In this document: in pieces, positions 27,401 to 42,300 of the stretch | Layout: each line of letters opens with the position of its first letter | Numbering within the stretch: position 1 is the stretch's first letter | Notes under the pieces: generated by a model | Told to the model about the DNA's origin: nothing | Seen by the model: the letters and a program-made list of their open reading frames with translations, nothing else | Database searches by the model: none | Made by a program: the position numbers and the translations under genes | NCBI GenBank assembly: GCA_964057225.1 | Contig: OZ059898.1 | Location: 2,294,001-2,358,000 of the forward strand | DNA: 64,000 nt | Source of the DNA: Auanema rhodensis | Lineage: Eukaryota; Animalia; Nematoda | Direction of reading: 5' to 3'

Positions 27401-29484
27401 TGTCAAAATGTTTTTGGAAGCAATGTTGAGTGTACATGGAAACTCAACATACACTAATGCATCATTTTTCAAACGATCATAACTAATTTTTGTATTAAGC
27501 GTTTCTCAATGTAGTTTAGTGCATTCGATGCGGATTTTTTAGCTGCGTCGATCTGTGTTATCAGATTTGCGCTAGCTTAAAAATGTACCGAGATATCAAC
27601 TGATATAAGTTCACACTTATATCCTCGATTTTCACCCTGAAGAATTAATTTTTTCGTTGAATAACATTGTCCATCGTCTTTGCCTTGAAAAAAGGAATCT
27701 AAAAACATCTACTTTTCGCTAAATTATTTTGAAATTTTTCGAAAAAATTTTTGTCAAAATGTTTTTGGAAGCAATGTTGAGTGTACATGGAAACTCAACA
27801 TACACTAATGCATCATTTTTCAAACGATCATAACTAATTTTTGTATTAAGCGTTCTTCAATGTAGTATAGTGCATTCGATGCGGATTTTTAAGCTGCGTC
27901 GATCTGTGTTATCAGATTTGCGCTAGCTGAAAAATGCACCGAGATATCAACTGATATAAGTTCACACTTATATCCTCGATTTTCACCCTGAAGAAATAAT
28001 TTTTTCGTTGAATAACATTGTCCATCGTCTTTGCCTTGAAAAAAGGAATCTAAAAACATCTACTTTTCGCTAAATTATTTTGAAATTTTTCGAAAAAATT
28101 TTTGTCAAAATGTTTTTGGAAGCAATGTTGAGTGTACATGGAAACTCAACATACACTAATGCATCATTTTTCAAACGATCATAACTAATTTTTGTATTAA
28201 GCGTTTCTCAATGTAGTATAGTGCATTCGATGCGGATTTTTAAGCTGCGTCGATCTGTGTTATCAGATTTGCGCTAGCTTAAAAATGCACCGAGATATCA
28301 ACTGATATAAGTTCACACTTATATCCTCGATTTTCACCCTGAAGAAATAATTTTTTCGTTGAATAACATTGTCCATCGTCTTTGCCTTGAAAAAAGGAAT
28401 CTAAAAACATCTACTTTTTGCTAAATTATTTTGAAATTTTTCGAAAAAATTTTTGTCAAAATGTTTTTGGAAGCAATGTTGAGTGTACATGGAAACTCAA
28501 CATACACTAATGCATCATTTTTCAAACGATCATAACTAATTTTTGTATTAAGCGTTTCTCAATGTAGTATAGTGCATTCGATGCGGATTTTTTAGCTGCG
28601 TCGATCTGTGTTATCAGATTTGCGCTAGCTTAAAAATGCACCGAGATATCAACTGATATAAGTTCACACTTATATCCTCGATTTTCACCCTGAAGAAATA
28701 ATTTTTTCGTTGAATAACATTGTCCATCGTCTTTGCCTTGAAAAAAGGAATCTAAAAACATCTACTTTTTGCTAAATTATTTTGAAATTTTTCGAAAAAA
28801 TTTTTGTCAAAATGTTTTTGGAAGCAATGTTGAGTGTACATGGAAACTCAACATACACTAATGCATCATTTTTCAAACGATCATAACTAATTTTTGTATT
28901 AAGCGTTTCTCAATGTAGTATAGTGCATTCGATGCGGATTTTTTAGCTGCGTCGATCTGTGTTATCAGATTTGCGCTAGCTTAAAAATGCACCGAGATAT
29001 CAACTGATATAAGTTCACACTTATATCCTCGATTTACACCCTGAAGAATTAGTTTTTTCGTTGAATAACATTGTCCATCGTCTTTGCCTTGAAAAAAGGA
29101 ATCTAAAAACATCTACTTTTTGCTAAATTATTTTGAAATTTTTCGAAAAAATTTTTGTCAAAATGTTTTTGGAAGCAATGTTGAGTGTACATGGAAACTC
29201 AACATACACTAATGCATCATTTTTCAAACGATCATAACTAATTTTTGTATTAAGCGTTTCTCAATGTAGTATAGTGCATTCGATGCGGATTTTTTAGCTG
29301 CGTCGATCTGTGTTATCAGATTTGCGCTAGCTTAAAAATGCACCGAGATATCAACTGATATAAGTTCACACTTATATCCTCGATTTTCACCCTGAAGAAA
29401 TAATTTTTTCGTTGAATAACATCGTCCATCGTCTTTGCCTTGAAAAAAGGAATCTAAAAACATCTACTTTTTGCTAAATTATTT
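15445..29484. repeat. Haplotype domain B (monomers 45-84)
   Basis: T267A (gaagaaAtaa), G309A, T339C, C208T and A138T+A162T first appear from monomers 45-47. Four-monomer periodicity is present. Confidence 0.8.
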
Positions 29485-31590
29485 TGAAATTTTTCGAAAA
29501 AATTTTTGTCAAAATGTTTTTGGAAGCAATGTTGAGTGTACATGGAAACTCAACATACACTAATGCATCATTTTTCAAACGATCATAACTAATTTTTGTA
29601 TTAAGCGTTCTTCAATGTAGTATAGTGCATTCGATGCGGAGTTTTAAGCTGCGTCGATCTGTGTTATCAGATTTGCGCTAGCTTAAAAATGCACCGAGAT
29701 ATCAACTGATATAAGTTCACACTTATATCCTCGATTTTCACCCTGAAGAATTAATTTTTTCGTTGAATAACATTGTCCATCGTCTTTGCCTTGAAAAATG
29801 GAATCTAAAAACATCTACTTTTTGCTAAATTATTTTGAATTTTTTCGAAAAAATTTTTGTCAAAATGTTTTTGGAAGCAATGTTGAGTGTACATGGAAAC
29901 TCAACATACACTAATGCATCATTTTTCAAACGATCATAACTAATTTTTGTATTAAGCGTTCTTTAATGTAGTATAGTGCATTCGATGCGGATTTTTAAGC
30001 TGCGTCGATCTGTGTTATCAGATTTGCGCTAGCTTAAAAATGCACCGAGATATCAACTGATATAAGTTCACACTTATATCCTCGATTTTCACCCTGAAGA
30101 ATTAATTTTTTCGTTGAATAACATTGTCCATCGTCTTTGCCTTGAAAAATGGAATCTAAAAACATCTACTTTTTGCTAAATTATTTTGAATTTTTTCGAA
30201 AAAATTTTTGTCAAAATGTTTTTGGAAGCAATGTTGAGTGTACATGGAAACTCAACATACACTAATGCATCATTTTTCAAACGATCATAACTAATTTTTG
30301 TATTAAGCGGTCTTCAATGTAGTATAGTGCATTCGATGCGGATTTTTAAGCTGCGTCGATCTGTGTTATCAGATTTGCGCTAGCTTAAAAATGCACCGAG
30401 ATATCAACTGATATAAGTTCACACATATATCCTCGATTTTCACCCTGAAGAATTAATTTTTTCGTTGAATAACATTGTTCATCGTCTTTGCCTTGAAAAA
30501 AGGAATCTAGAAACATCTACTTTTTGCTAAATTATTTTGAAATTTTTCGAAAAAATTTTTGTCAAAATGTTTTTGGAAGCAATGTTGAGTGTACATGGAA
30601 ACTCAACATACACTAATGCATCATTTTTCAAACGATCATAACTAATTTTTGTATTAAGCGTTCTTCAATGTAGTATAGTGCATTCGATGCGGATTTTTAA
30701 GCTGCGTCGATCTGTGTTATCAGATTTGCGCTAGCTTAAAAATGCACCGAGATATCAACTGATATAAGTTCACACTTATATCCTCGATTTTCACCCTGAA
30801 GAATTAATTTTTTCGTTGAATAACATTGTCCATCGTCTTTGCCTTGAAAAATGGAATCTAAAAACATCTACTTTTTGCTAAATTATTTTGAATTTTTTCG
30901 AAAAAATTTTTGTCAAAATGTTTTTGGAAGCAATGTTGAGTGTACATGGAAACTCAACATACACTAATGCATCATTTTTCAAACGATCATAACTAATTTT
31001 TGTATTAAGCGGTCTTCAATGTAGTATAGTGCATTCGATGCGGATTTTTAAGCTGCGTCGATCTGTGTTATCAGATTTGCGCTAGCTTAAAAATGCACCG
31101 AGATATCAACTGATATAAGTTCACACATATATCCTCGATTTTCACCCTGAAGAATTAATTTTTTCGTTGAATAACATTGTCCATCGTCTTTGCCTTGAAA
31201 AAAGGAATCTAGAAACATCTACTTTTTGCTAAATTATTTTGAAATTTTTCGAAAAAATTTTTGTCAAAATGTTTTTGGAAGCAATGTTGAGTGTACATGG
31301 AAACTCAACATACACTAATGCATCATTTTTCAAACGATCATAACTAATTTTTGTATTAAGCGTTCTTCAATGTAGTATAGTGCATTCGATGCGGATTTTT
31401 AAGCTGCGTCGATCTGTGTTATCAGATTTGCGCTAGCTTAAAAATGCACCGAGATATCAACTGATATAAGTTCACACTTATATCCTCGATTTTCACCCTG
31501 AAGAATTAATTTTTTCGTTGAATAACATTGTCCATCGTCTTTGCCTTGAAAAATGGAATCTAAAAACATCTACTTTTTGCTAAATTATTT
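29485..31590. repeat. Haplotype domain C, short copy (monomers 85-90)
   Basis: gcgttCTtcaa / gcgGtCTtcaa, A324G (aatctaGaaac), T239A, A5T and A315T occur in alternating dimer arrangement. Confidence 0.8.
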
Positions 31591-34500
31591 TGAAATTTTT
31601 CGAAAAAATTTTTGTCAAAATGTTTTTGGAAGCAATGTTGAGTGTACATGGAAACTCAACATACACTAATGCATCATTTTTCAAACGATTATAACTAATT
31701 TTTGTATCAAGCGTTTCTCAATGTAGTATAGTGCATTCGATGCGGATTTTTAAGCTGCGTCGATCTGTGTTATCAGATTTGCGCTAGCTTAAAAATGCAC
31801 CGAGATATCAACTTTTATAAGTTCACACTTATATCCTCGATTTTCACCCTGAAGAATTAATTTTTTCGTTGAATAACATTGTCCATCGTCTTTGCCTTGA
31901 AAAATGGAATCTAAAAACATCTACTTTTTGCTAAATTATTTTGAATTTTTTCGAAAAAATTTTTGTCAAAATGTTTTTGGAAGCAATGTTGAGTGTACAT
32001 GGAAACTCAACATACACTAATGCATCATTTTTCAAACGATGATAACTAATTTTTGTATCAAGTGTTTCTCGATGTAGTATAGTGCATTCGATGCGGATTT
32101 TTAAGCTGCGTCGATCTGTGTTATCAGATTTGCGCTAGCTTAAAAATGCACCGAGATATCAACTGATATAAGTTCACACTTATATCCTCGATTTTCACCC
32201 TGAAGAATTAATTTTTTCGTTGAATAACATTGTCCATCGTCTTTGCCTTAAAAAATGAAATCTAAAAACATCTACTTTTTGCTAAATTATTTTGAAATTT
32301 TTCGAAACAATTTTTGTCAAAATGTTTTTGGAAGCAATGTTGAGTGTACATGGAAACTCAACATACACTAATGCATCATTTTTCAAACGATTATAACTAA
32401 TTTTTGTATCAAGCGTTTCTCAATGTAGTATAGTGCATTCGATGCGGATTTTTGAGCTGCGTCGATCTGTGTTATCAGATTTGCGCTAGCTTAAAAATGC
32501 ACCGAGATATCAACTGATATAAGTTCACACTTATATCCTCGATTTTCACCCTGAAGAATTAATTTTTTCGTTGAATAACATTGTCCATCGTCTTTGCCTT
32601 GAAAAATGAAATCTAAAAACATCTACTTTTTGCTAAATTATTTTGAAATTTTTCGAAACAATTTTTGTCAAAATGTTTTTGGAAGCAATGTTGAGTGTAC
32701 ATGGAAACTCAACATACACTAATGCATCATTTTTCAAACGATTATAACTAATTTTTGTATCAAGCGTTTCTCAATGTAGTATAGTGCATTCGATGCGGAT
32801 TTTTGAGCTGCGTCGATCTGTGTTATCAGATTTGCGCTAGCTTAAAAATGCACCGAGATATCAACTTTTATAAGTTCACACTTATATCCTCGATTTTCAC
32901 CCTGAAGAATTAATTTTTTCGTTGAATAACATTGTCCATCGTCTTTGCCTTGAAAAATGGAATCTAAAAACATCTACTTTTTGCTAAATTATTTTGAATT
33001 TTTTCGAAAAAATTTTTGTCAAAATGTTTTTGGAAGCAATGTTGAGTGTACATGGAAACTCAACATACACTAATGCATCATTTTTCAAACGATCATAACT
33101 AATTTTTGTATCAAGTGTTTCTCGATGTAGTATAGTGCATTCGATGCGGATTTTTAAGCTGCGTCGATCTGTGTTATCAGATTTGCGCTAGCTTAAAAAT
33201 GCACCGAGATATCAACTGATATAAGTTCACACTTATATCCTCGATTTTCACCCTGAAGAATTAATTTTTTCGTTGAATAACATTGTCCATCGTCTTTGCC
33301 TTGAAAAATGAAATCTAAAAACATCTACTTTTTGCTAAATTATTTTGAAATTTTTCGAAACAATTTTTGTCAAAATGTTTTTGGAAGCAATGTTGAGTGT
33401 ACATGGAAACTCAACATACACTAATGCATCATTTTTCAAACGATTATAACTAATTTTTGTATCAAGCGTTTCTCAATGTAGTATAGTGCATTCGATGCGG
33501 ATTTTTGAGCTGCGTCGATCTGTGTTATCAGATTTGCGCTAGCTTAAAAATGCACCGAGATATCAACTGATATAAGTTCACACTTATATCCTCGATTTTC
33601 ACCCTGAAGAATTAATTTTTTCGTTGAATAACATTGTCCATCGTCTTTGCCTTGAAAAATGAAATCTAAAAACATCTACTTTTTGCTAAATTATTTTGAA
33701 ATTTTTCGAAACAATTTTTGTCAAAATGTTTTTGGAAGCAATGTTGAGTGTACATGGAAACTCAACATACACTAATGCATCATTTTTCAAACGATTATAA
33801 CTAATTTTTGTATCAAGCGTTTCTCAATGTAGTATAGTGCATTCGATGCGGATTTTTGAGCTGCGTCGATCTGTGTTATCAGATTTGCGCTAGCTTAAAA
33901 ATGCACCGAGATATCAACTTTTATAAGTTCACACTTATATCCTCGATTTTCACCCTGAAGAATTAATTTTTTCGTTGAATAACATTGTCCATCGTCTTTG
34001 CCTTGAAAAATGGAATCTAAAAACATCTACTTTTTGCTGAATTATTTTGAAATTTTTCGAAAAAATTTTTGTCAAAATGTTTTTGGAAGCAATGTTGAGT
34101 GTACATGGAAACTCAACATACACTAATGCATCATTTTTCAAACGATTATAACTAATTTTTGTATCAAGCGTTTCTCAATGTAGTATAGTGCATTCGATGC
34201 GGATTTTTTAGCTGCGTCGATCTGTGTTATCAGATTTGCGCTAGCTTAAAAATGCACCGAGATATCAACTGATATAAGTTCACACTTATATCCTCGATTT
34301 TCACCCTGAAGAATTAATTTTTTCGTTGAATAACATTGTCCATCGTCTTTGCCTTGAAAAATGGAATCTAAAAACATCTACTTTTTGCTAAATTATTTTG
34401 AATTTTTTCGAAAAAATTTTTGTCAAAATGTTTTTGGAAGCAATGTTGAGTGTACATGGAAACTCAACATACACTAATGCATCATTTTTCAAACGATCAT

Positions 34501-35802
34501 AACTAATTTTTGTATCAAGTGTTTCTCAATGTAGTATAGTGCATTCGATGCGGATTTTTAAGCTGCGTCGATCTGTGTTATCAGATTTGCGCTAGCTTAA
34601 AAATGCACCGAGATAACAACTGATATAAGTTCACACTTATATCCTCGATTTTCACCCTGAAGAATTAATTTTTTCGTTGAATAACATTGTCCATCGTCTT
34701 TGCCTTGAAAAATGAAATCTAAAAACATCTACTTTTTGCTAAATTATTTTGAAATTTTTCGAAACAATTTTTGACAAAATGTTTTTGGAAGCAATGTTGA
34801 GTGTACATGGAAACTCAACATACACTAATGCATCATTTTTCAAACGATTATAACTAATTTTTGTATCAAGCGTTTCTCAATGTAGTATAGTGCATTCGAT
34901 GCGGTTTTGTTAGCTGCGTCGATCTGTGTTATCAGATTTGCGCTAGCTTAAAAATGCACCGAGATATCAACTGATATAAGTTCACACTTATATCCTCGAT
35001 TTTCACCCTGAAGAATTAATTTTTTCGTTGAATAACATTGTCCATCGTCTTTGCCTTGAAAAATGAAATCTAAAAACATCTACTTTTTGCTAAATTATTT
35101 TGAAATTTTTCGAAACAATTTTTGTCAAAATGTTTTTGGAAGCAATGTTGAGTGTACATGGAAACTCAACATACACTAATGCATCATTTTTCAAACGATT
35201 ATAACTAATTTTTGTATCAAGCGTTTCTCAATGTAGTATAGTGCATTCGATGCGGATTTTTGAGCTGCGTCGATCTGTGTTATCAGATTTGCGCTAGCTT
35301 AAAAATGCACCGAGATATCAACTTTTATAAGTTCACACTTATATCCTCGATTTTCACCCTGAAGAATTAATTTTTTCGTTGAATAACATTGTCCATCGTC
35401 TTTGCCTTGAAAAATGGAATCTAAAAACATCTACTTTTTGCTGAATTATTTTGAAATTTTTCGAAAAAATTTTTGTCAAAATGTTTTTGGAAGCAATGTT
35501 GAGTGTACATGGAAACTCAACATACACTAATGCATCATTTTTCAAACGATTATAACTAATTTTTGTATCAAGCGTTTCTCAATGTAGTATAGTGCATTCG
35601 ATGCGGATTTTTTAGCTGCGTCGATCTGTGTTATCAGATTTGCGCTAGCTTAAAAATGCACCGAGATATCAACTTTTATAAGTTCACACTTATATCCTCG
35701 ATTTTCACCCTGAAGAATTAATTTTTTCGTTGAATAACATTGTCCATCGTCTTTGCCTTGAAAAATGGAATCTAAAAACATCTACTTATTGCTGAATTAT
35801 TT
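31591..35802. repeat. Haplotype domain D, first copy (monomers 91-102)
   Basis: T118C, C100T, A16C (cgaaaCaa), G316A, A162G, GA224-225TT (aactTTtataag) and A343G. Confidence 0.8.
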
Positions 35803-38800
35803 TGAAATTTTTCGAAAAAATTTTTGTCAAAAAGTTTTTGGAAGCAATGTTGAGTGTACATGGAAACTCAACATACACTAATGCATCATTTTTCAAACGA
35901 TCATAACTAATTTTTGTATCAAGTGTTTCTCAATGTAGTATAGTGCATTCGATGCGGATTTTTAAGCTGCGTCGATCTGTGTTATCAGATTTGCGCTAGC
36001 TTAAAAATGCACCGAGATATCAACTGATATAAGTTCACACTTATATCCTCGATTTTCACCCTGAAGAATTAATTTTTTCGTTGAATAACATTGTCCATCG
36101 TCTTTGCCTTGAAAAAAGGAATCTAAAAACATCTACTTTTTGCTAAATTATTTTGAAATTTTTCGAAAAAATTTTTGTCAAAATGTTTTTGGAAGCAATG
36201 TTGAGTGTACATGAAAACTCAACATACACTTATGCATCATTTTTCAAACGATCATAACTAATTTTTGTATTAAGCGTTTCTCAATGTAGTATAGTGCATT
36301 CGATGCGGATTTTTAAGCTGCGTCGATCTGTGTTATCAGATTTGCGCTAGCTTAAAAATGCACCGAGATATCAACTGATATAAGTTCACACTTATATCCT
36401 CGATTTTCACCCTGAAGAAATAATTTTTTCGTTGAATAACATTGTCCATCGTCTTTGCCTTGAAAAAAGGAATCTAAAAACATCTACTTTTCGCTAAATT
36501 ATTCTGAAATTTTTCGAAAAAATTTTTGTCAAAATGTTTTTGGAAGCAATGTTGAGTGTACATGGAAACTCAACATACACTAATGCATCATTTTTCAAAC
36601 GATCATAACTAATTTTTGTATTAAGCGTTTCTCAATGTAGTATAGTGCATTCGATGCGGATTTTTAAGCTGCGTCGATCTGTGTTATCAGATTTGCGCTA
36701 GCTTAAAAATGCACCGAGATATCAACTGATATAAGTTCACACTTATATCCTCGATTTTCACCCTGAAGAAATAATTTTTTCGTTGAATAACATTGTCCAT
36801 CGTCTTTGCCTTGAAAAAAGGAATCTAAAAACATCTACTTTTTGCTAAATTATTTTGAAATTTTTCGAAAAAATTTTTGTCAAAATGTTTTTGGAAGCAA
36901 TGTTGAGTGTACATGGAAACTCAACATACACTAATGCATCATTTTTCAAACGATCATAACTAATTTTTGTATTAAGCGTTTCTCAATGTATCATAGTGCA
37001 TTCGATGCGGATTTTTAAGCTGCGTCGATCTGTGTTATCAGATTTGCGCTAGCTTAAAAATGCACCGAGATATCAACTGATATAAGTTCACACTTATATC
37101 CTCGATTTTCACCCTGAAGAATTAATTTTTTCGTTGAATAACATTGTCCATCGTCTTTGCCTTGGAAAATGGAATCTAAAAACATCTACTTTTTGCTGAA
37201 TTATTTTGAAATTTTTCGAAAAAATTTTTGTCAAAAAGTTTTTGGAAGCAATGTTGAGTGTACATGGAAACTCAACATACACTAATGCATCATTTTTCAA
37301 ACGATCATAACTAATTTTTGTATCAAGTGTTTCTCAATGTAGTATAGTGCATTCGATGCGGATTTTTAAGCTGCGTCGATCTGTGTTATCAGATTTGCGC
37401 TAGCTTAAAAATGCACCGAGATATCAACTGATATAAGTTCACACTTATATCCTCGATTTTCACCCTGAAGAATTAATTTTTTCGTTGAATAACATTGTCC
37501 ATCGTCTTTGCCTTGAAAAAATGAATCTAAAAACATCTACTTTTTGCTAAATTATTTTGAAATTTTTCGAAAAAATTTTTGTCAAAATGTTTTTGGAAGC
37601 AATGTTGAGTGTACATGAAAACTCAACATACACTTATGCATCATTTTTCAAACGATCATAACTAATTTTTGTATTAAGCGTTTCTCAATGTAGTATAGTG
37701 CATTCGATGCGGATTTTTAAGCTGCGTCGATCTGTGTTATCAGATTTGCGCTAGCTTAAAAATGCACCGAGATATCAACTGATATAAGTTCACACTTATA
37801 TCCTCGATTTTCACCCTGAAGAAATAATTTTTTCGTTGAATAACATTGTCCATCGTCTTTGCCTTGAAAAAAGGAATCTAAAAACATCTACTTTTCGCTA
37901 AATTATTTTGAAATTTTTCGAAAAAATTTTTGTCAAAATGTTTTTGGAAGCAATGTTGAGTGTACATGGAAACTCAACATACACTAATGCATCATTTTTC
38001 AAACGATCATAACTAATTTTTGTATTAAGCGTTTCTCAATGTAGTATAGTGCATTCGATGCGGATTTTTAAGCTGCGTCGATCTGTGTTATCAGATTTGC
38101 GCTAGCTTAAAAATGCACCGAGATATTAACTGATATAAGTTCACACTTATATCCTCGATTTTCACCCTGAAGAAATAATTTTTTCGTTGAATAACATTGT
38201 CCATCGTCTTTGCCTTGAAAAAAGGAATCTAAAAACATCTACTTTTTGCTAAATTATTTTGAAATTTTTCGAAAAAATTTTTGTCAAAATGTTTTTGGAA
38301 GCAATGTTGAGTGTACATGGAAACTCAACATACACTAATGCATCATTTTTCAAACGATCATAACTAATTTTTGTATTAAGCGTTTCTCAATGTAGTATAG
38401 TGCATTCGATGCGGATTTTTAAGCTGCGTCGATCTGTGTTATCAGATTTGCGCTAGCTTAAAAATGCACCGAGATATCAACTGATATAAGTTCACACTTA
38501 TATCCTCGATTTTCACCCTGAAGAATTAATTTTTTCGTTGAATAACATTGTCCATCGTCTTTGCCTTGAAAAAAGGAATTTAAAAACTTCTACTTTTTGC
38601 TAAATTATTTTGAAATTTTTCGAAAAAATTTTTGTCAAAATGTTTTTGGAAGCAATGTTGAGTGTACATGGAAACTCAACATACACTAATGCATCATTTT
38701 TCAAACGATCATAACTAATTTTTGTATTAAGCGTTTCTCAATGTAGTATAGTGCATTCGATGCGGATTTTTAAGCTGCGTCGATCTGTGTTATCAGATTT

Positions 38801-39312
38801 GCGCTAGCTTAAAAATGTACCGAGATATCAACTGATATAAGTTCACACTTATATCCTCGATTTTCACCCTGAAGAATTAATTTTTTCGTTGAATAACATT
38901 GTCCATCGTCTTTGCCTTGAAAGAAGGAATCTAAAAACATCTACTTTTCGCTAAATTATTCTGAAATTTTTCGAAAAAATTTTTGTCAAAATGTTTTTGG
39001 AAGCAATGTTGAGTGTACATGGAAACTCAACATACACTAATGCATCATTTTTCAAACGATCATAACTAATTTTTGTATTAAGCGTTTCTCAATGTAGTAT
39101 AGTGCATTCGATGCGGATTTTTAAGCTGCGTCGATCTGTGTTATCAGATTTGCGCTAGCTTAAAAATGCACCGAGATATCAACTGATATAAGTTCACACT
39201 TATATCCTCGATTTTCACCCTGAAGAAATAATTTTTTCGTTGAATAACATCGTCCATCGTCTTTGCCTTGAAAAAAGGAATCTAAAAACATCTACTTTTT
39301 GCTAAATTATTT
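35803..39312. repeat. B-like interval (monomers 103-112) with a local 4-monomer duplication
   Basis: T267A and T339C return. T31A occurs at 35833 and 37237, and A78T at 36231 and 37635 (both 1404 bp apart). Confidence 0.75.
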
Positions 39313-42300
39313 TGAAATTTTTCGAAAAAATTTTTGTCAAAATGTTTTTGGAAGCAATGTTGAGTGTACATGGAAACTCAACATACACTAATGCATCATT
39401 TTTCAAACGATCATAACTAATTTTTGTATTAAGCGTTCTTTAATGTAGTATAGTGCATTCGATGCGGATTTTTAAGCTGCGTCGATCTGTGTTATCAGAT
39501 TTGCGCTAGCTTAAAATTGCACCGAGATATCAACTGATATAAGTTCACACTTATATCCTCGATTTTCACCCTGAAGAATTAATTTTTTCGTTGAATAACA
39601 TTGTCCATCGTCTTTGCCTTGAAAAATGGAATCTAAAAACATCTACTTTTTGCTAAATTATTTTGAATTTTTTCGAAAAAATTTTTGTCAAAATGTTTTT
39701 GGAAGCAATGTTGAGTGTACATGGAAACTCAACATACACTAATGCATCATTTTTCAAACGATCATAACTAATTTTTGTATTAAGCGGTCTTCAATGTAGT
39801 ATAGTGCATTCGATGCGGATTTTTAAGCTGCGTCGATCTGTGTTATCAGATTTGCGCTAGCTTAAAAATGCACCGAGATATCAACTGATATAAGTTCACA
39901 CATATATCCTCGATTTTCACCCTGAAGAATTAATTTTTTCGTTGAATAACATTGTCCATCGTCTTTGCCTTGAAAAAAGGAATCTAGAAACATCTACTTT
40001 TTGCTAAATTATTTTGAAATTTTTCGAAAAAATTTTTGTCAAAATGTTTTTGGAAGCAATGTTGAGTGTACATGGAAACTCAACATACACTAATGCATCA
40101 TTTTTCAAACGATCATAACTAATTTTTGTATTAAGCGTTCTTCAATGTAGTATAGTGCATTCGATGCGGATTTTTAAGCTGCGTCGATCTGTGTTATCAG
40201 ATTTGCGCTAGCTTAAAAATGCACCGAGATATCAACTGATATAAGTTCATACTTATATCCTCGATTTTCACCCTGAAGAATTAATTTTTTCGTTGAATAA
40301 CATTGTCCATCGTCTTTGCCTTGAAAAATGGAATCTCAAAACATCTACTTTTTGCTAAATTATTTTGAATTTTTTCGAAAAAATTTTTGTCAAAATGTTT
40401 TTGGAAGCAATGTTGAGTGTACATGGAAACTCAACATACACTAATGCATCATTTTTCAAACGATCATAACTAATTTTTGTATTAAGCGTTCTTCAATGTA
40501 GTATAGTGCATTCGATGCGGATTTTTAAGCTGCGTCGATCTGTGTTATCAGATTTGCGCTAGCTTAAAAATGCACCGAGATATCAACTGATATAAGTTCA
40601 CACTTATATCCTCGATTTTCACCCTGAAGAATTAATTTTTTCGTTGAATAACATTGTCCATCGTCTTTGCCTTGAAAAATGGAATCTAAAAACATCTACT
40701 TTTTGCTAAATTATTTTGAATTTTTTCGAAAAAATTTTTGTCAAAATGTTTTTGGAAGCAATGTTGAGTGTACATGGAAACTCAACATACACTAATGCAT
40801 CATTTTTCAAACGATCATAACTAATTTTTGTATTAAGCGGTCTTCAATGTAGTATAGTGCATTCGATGCGGATTTTTAAGCTGCGTCGATCTGTGTTATC
40901 AGATTTGCGCTAGCTTAAAAATGCACCGAGATATCAACTGATATAAGTTCACACATATATCCTCGATTTTCACCCTGAAGAATTAATTTTTTCGTTGAAT
41001 AACATTGTCCATCGTCTTTGCCTTGAAAAAAGGAATCTAGAAACATCTACTTTTTGCTAAATTATTTTGAAATTTTTCGAAAAAATTTTTGTCAAAATGT
41101 TTTTGGAAGCAATGTTGAGTGTGCATGGAAACTCAACATACACTAATGCATCATTTTTCAAACGATCATAACTAATTTTTGTATTAAGCGTTCTTCAATG
41201 TAGTATAGTGCATTCGATGCGGATTTTTAAGCTGCGTCGATCTGTGTTATCAGATTTGCGCTAGCTTAAAAATGCACCGAGATATCAACTGATATAAGTT
41301 CACACTTATATCCTCGATTTTCACCCTGAAGAATTAATTTTTTCGTTGAATAACATTGTCCATCGTCTTTGCCTTGAAAAATGGAATCTAAAAACATCTA
41401 CTTTTTGCTAAATTATTTTGAATTTTTTCGAAAAAATTTTTGTCAAAATGTTTTTGGAAGCAATGTTGAGTGTACATGGAAACTCAACATACACTAATGC
41501 ATCATTTTTCAAACGATCATAACTAATTTTTGTATTAAGCGTTCTTCAATGTAGTATAGTGCATTCGATGCGGATTTTTAAGCTGCGTCAATCTGTGTTA
41601 TCAGATTTGCGCTAGCTTAAAAATGCACCGAGATATCAACTGATATAAGTTCACACTTATATCCTCGATTTTCACCCTGAAGAATTAATTTTTTCGTTGA
41701 ATAACATTGTCCATCGTCTTTGCCTTGAAAAATGGAATCTAAAAACATCTACTTTTTGCTAAATTATTTTGAATTTTTTCGAAAAAATTTTTGTCAAAAT
41801 GTTTTTGGAAGCAATGTTGAGTGTACATGGAAACTCAACATACACTAATGCATCATTTTTCAAACGATCATAACTAATTTTTGTATTAAGCGTTCTTTAA
41901 TGTAGTATAGTGCATTCGATGCGGATTTTTAAGCTGCGTCGATCTGTGTTATCAGATTTGCGCTAGCTTAAAATTGCACCGAGATATCAACTGATATAAG
42001 TTCACACTTATATCCTCGATTTTCACCCTGAAGAATTAATTTTTTCGTTGAATAACATTGTCCATCGTCTTTGCCTTGAAAAATGGAATCTAAAAACATC
42101 TACTTTTTGCTAAATTATTTTGAATTTTTTCGAAAAAATTTTTGTCAAAATGTTTTTGGAAGCAATGTTGAGTGTACATGGAAACTCAACATACACTAAT
42201 GCATCATTTTTCAAACGATCATAACTAATTTTTGTATTAAGCGGTCTTCAATGTAGTATAGTGCATTCGATGCGGATTTTTAAGCTGCGTCGATCTGTGT

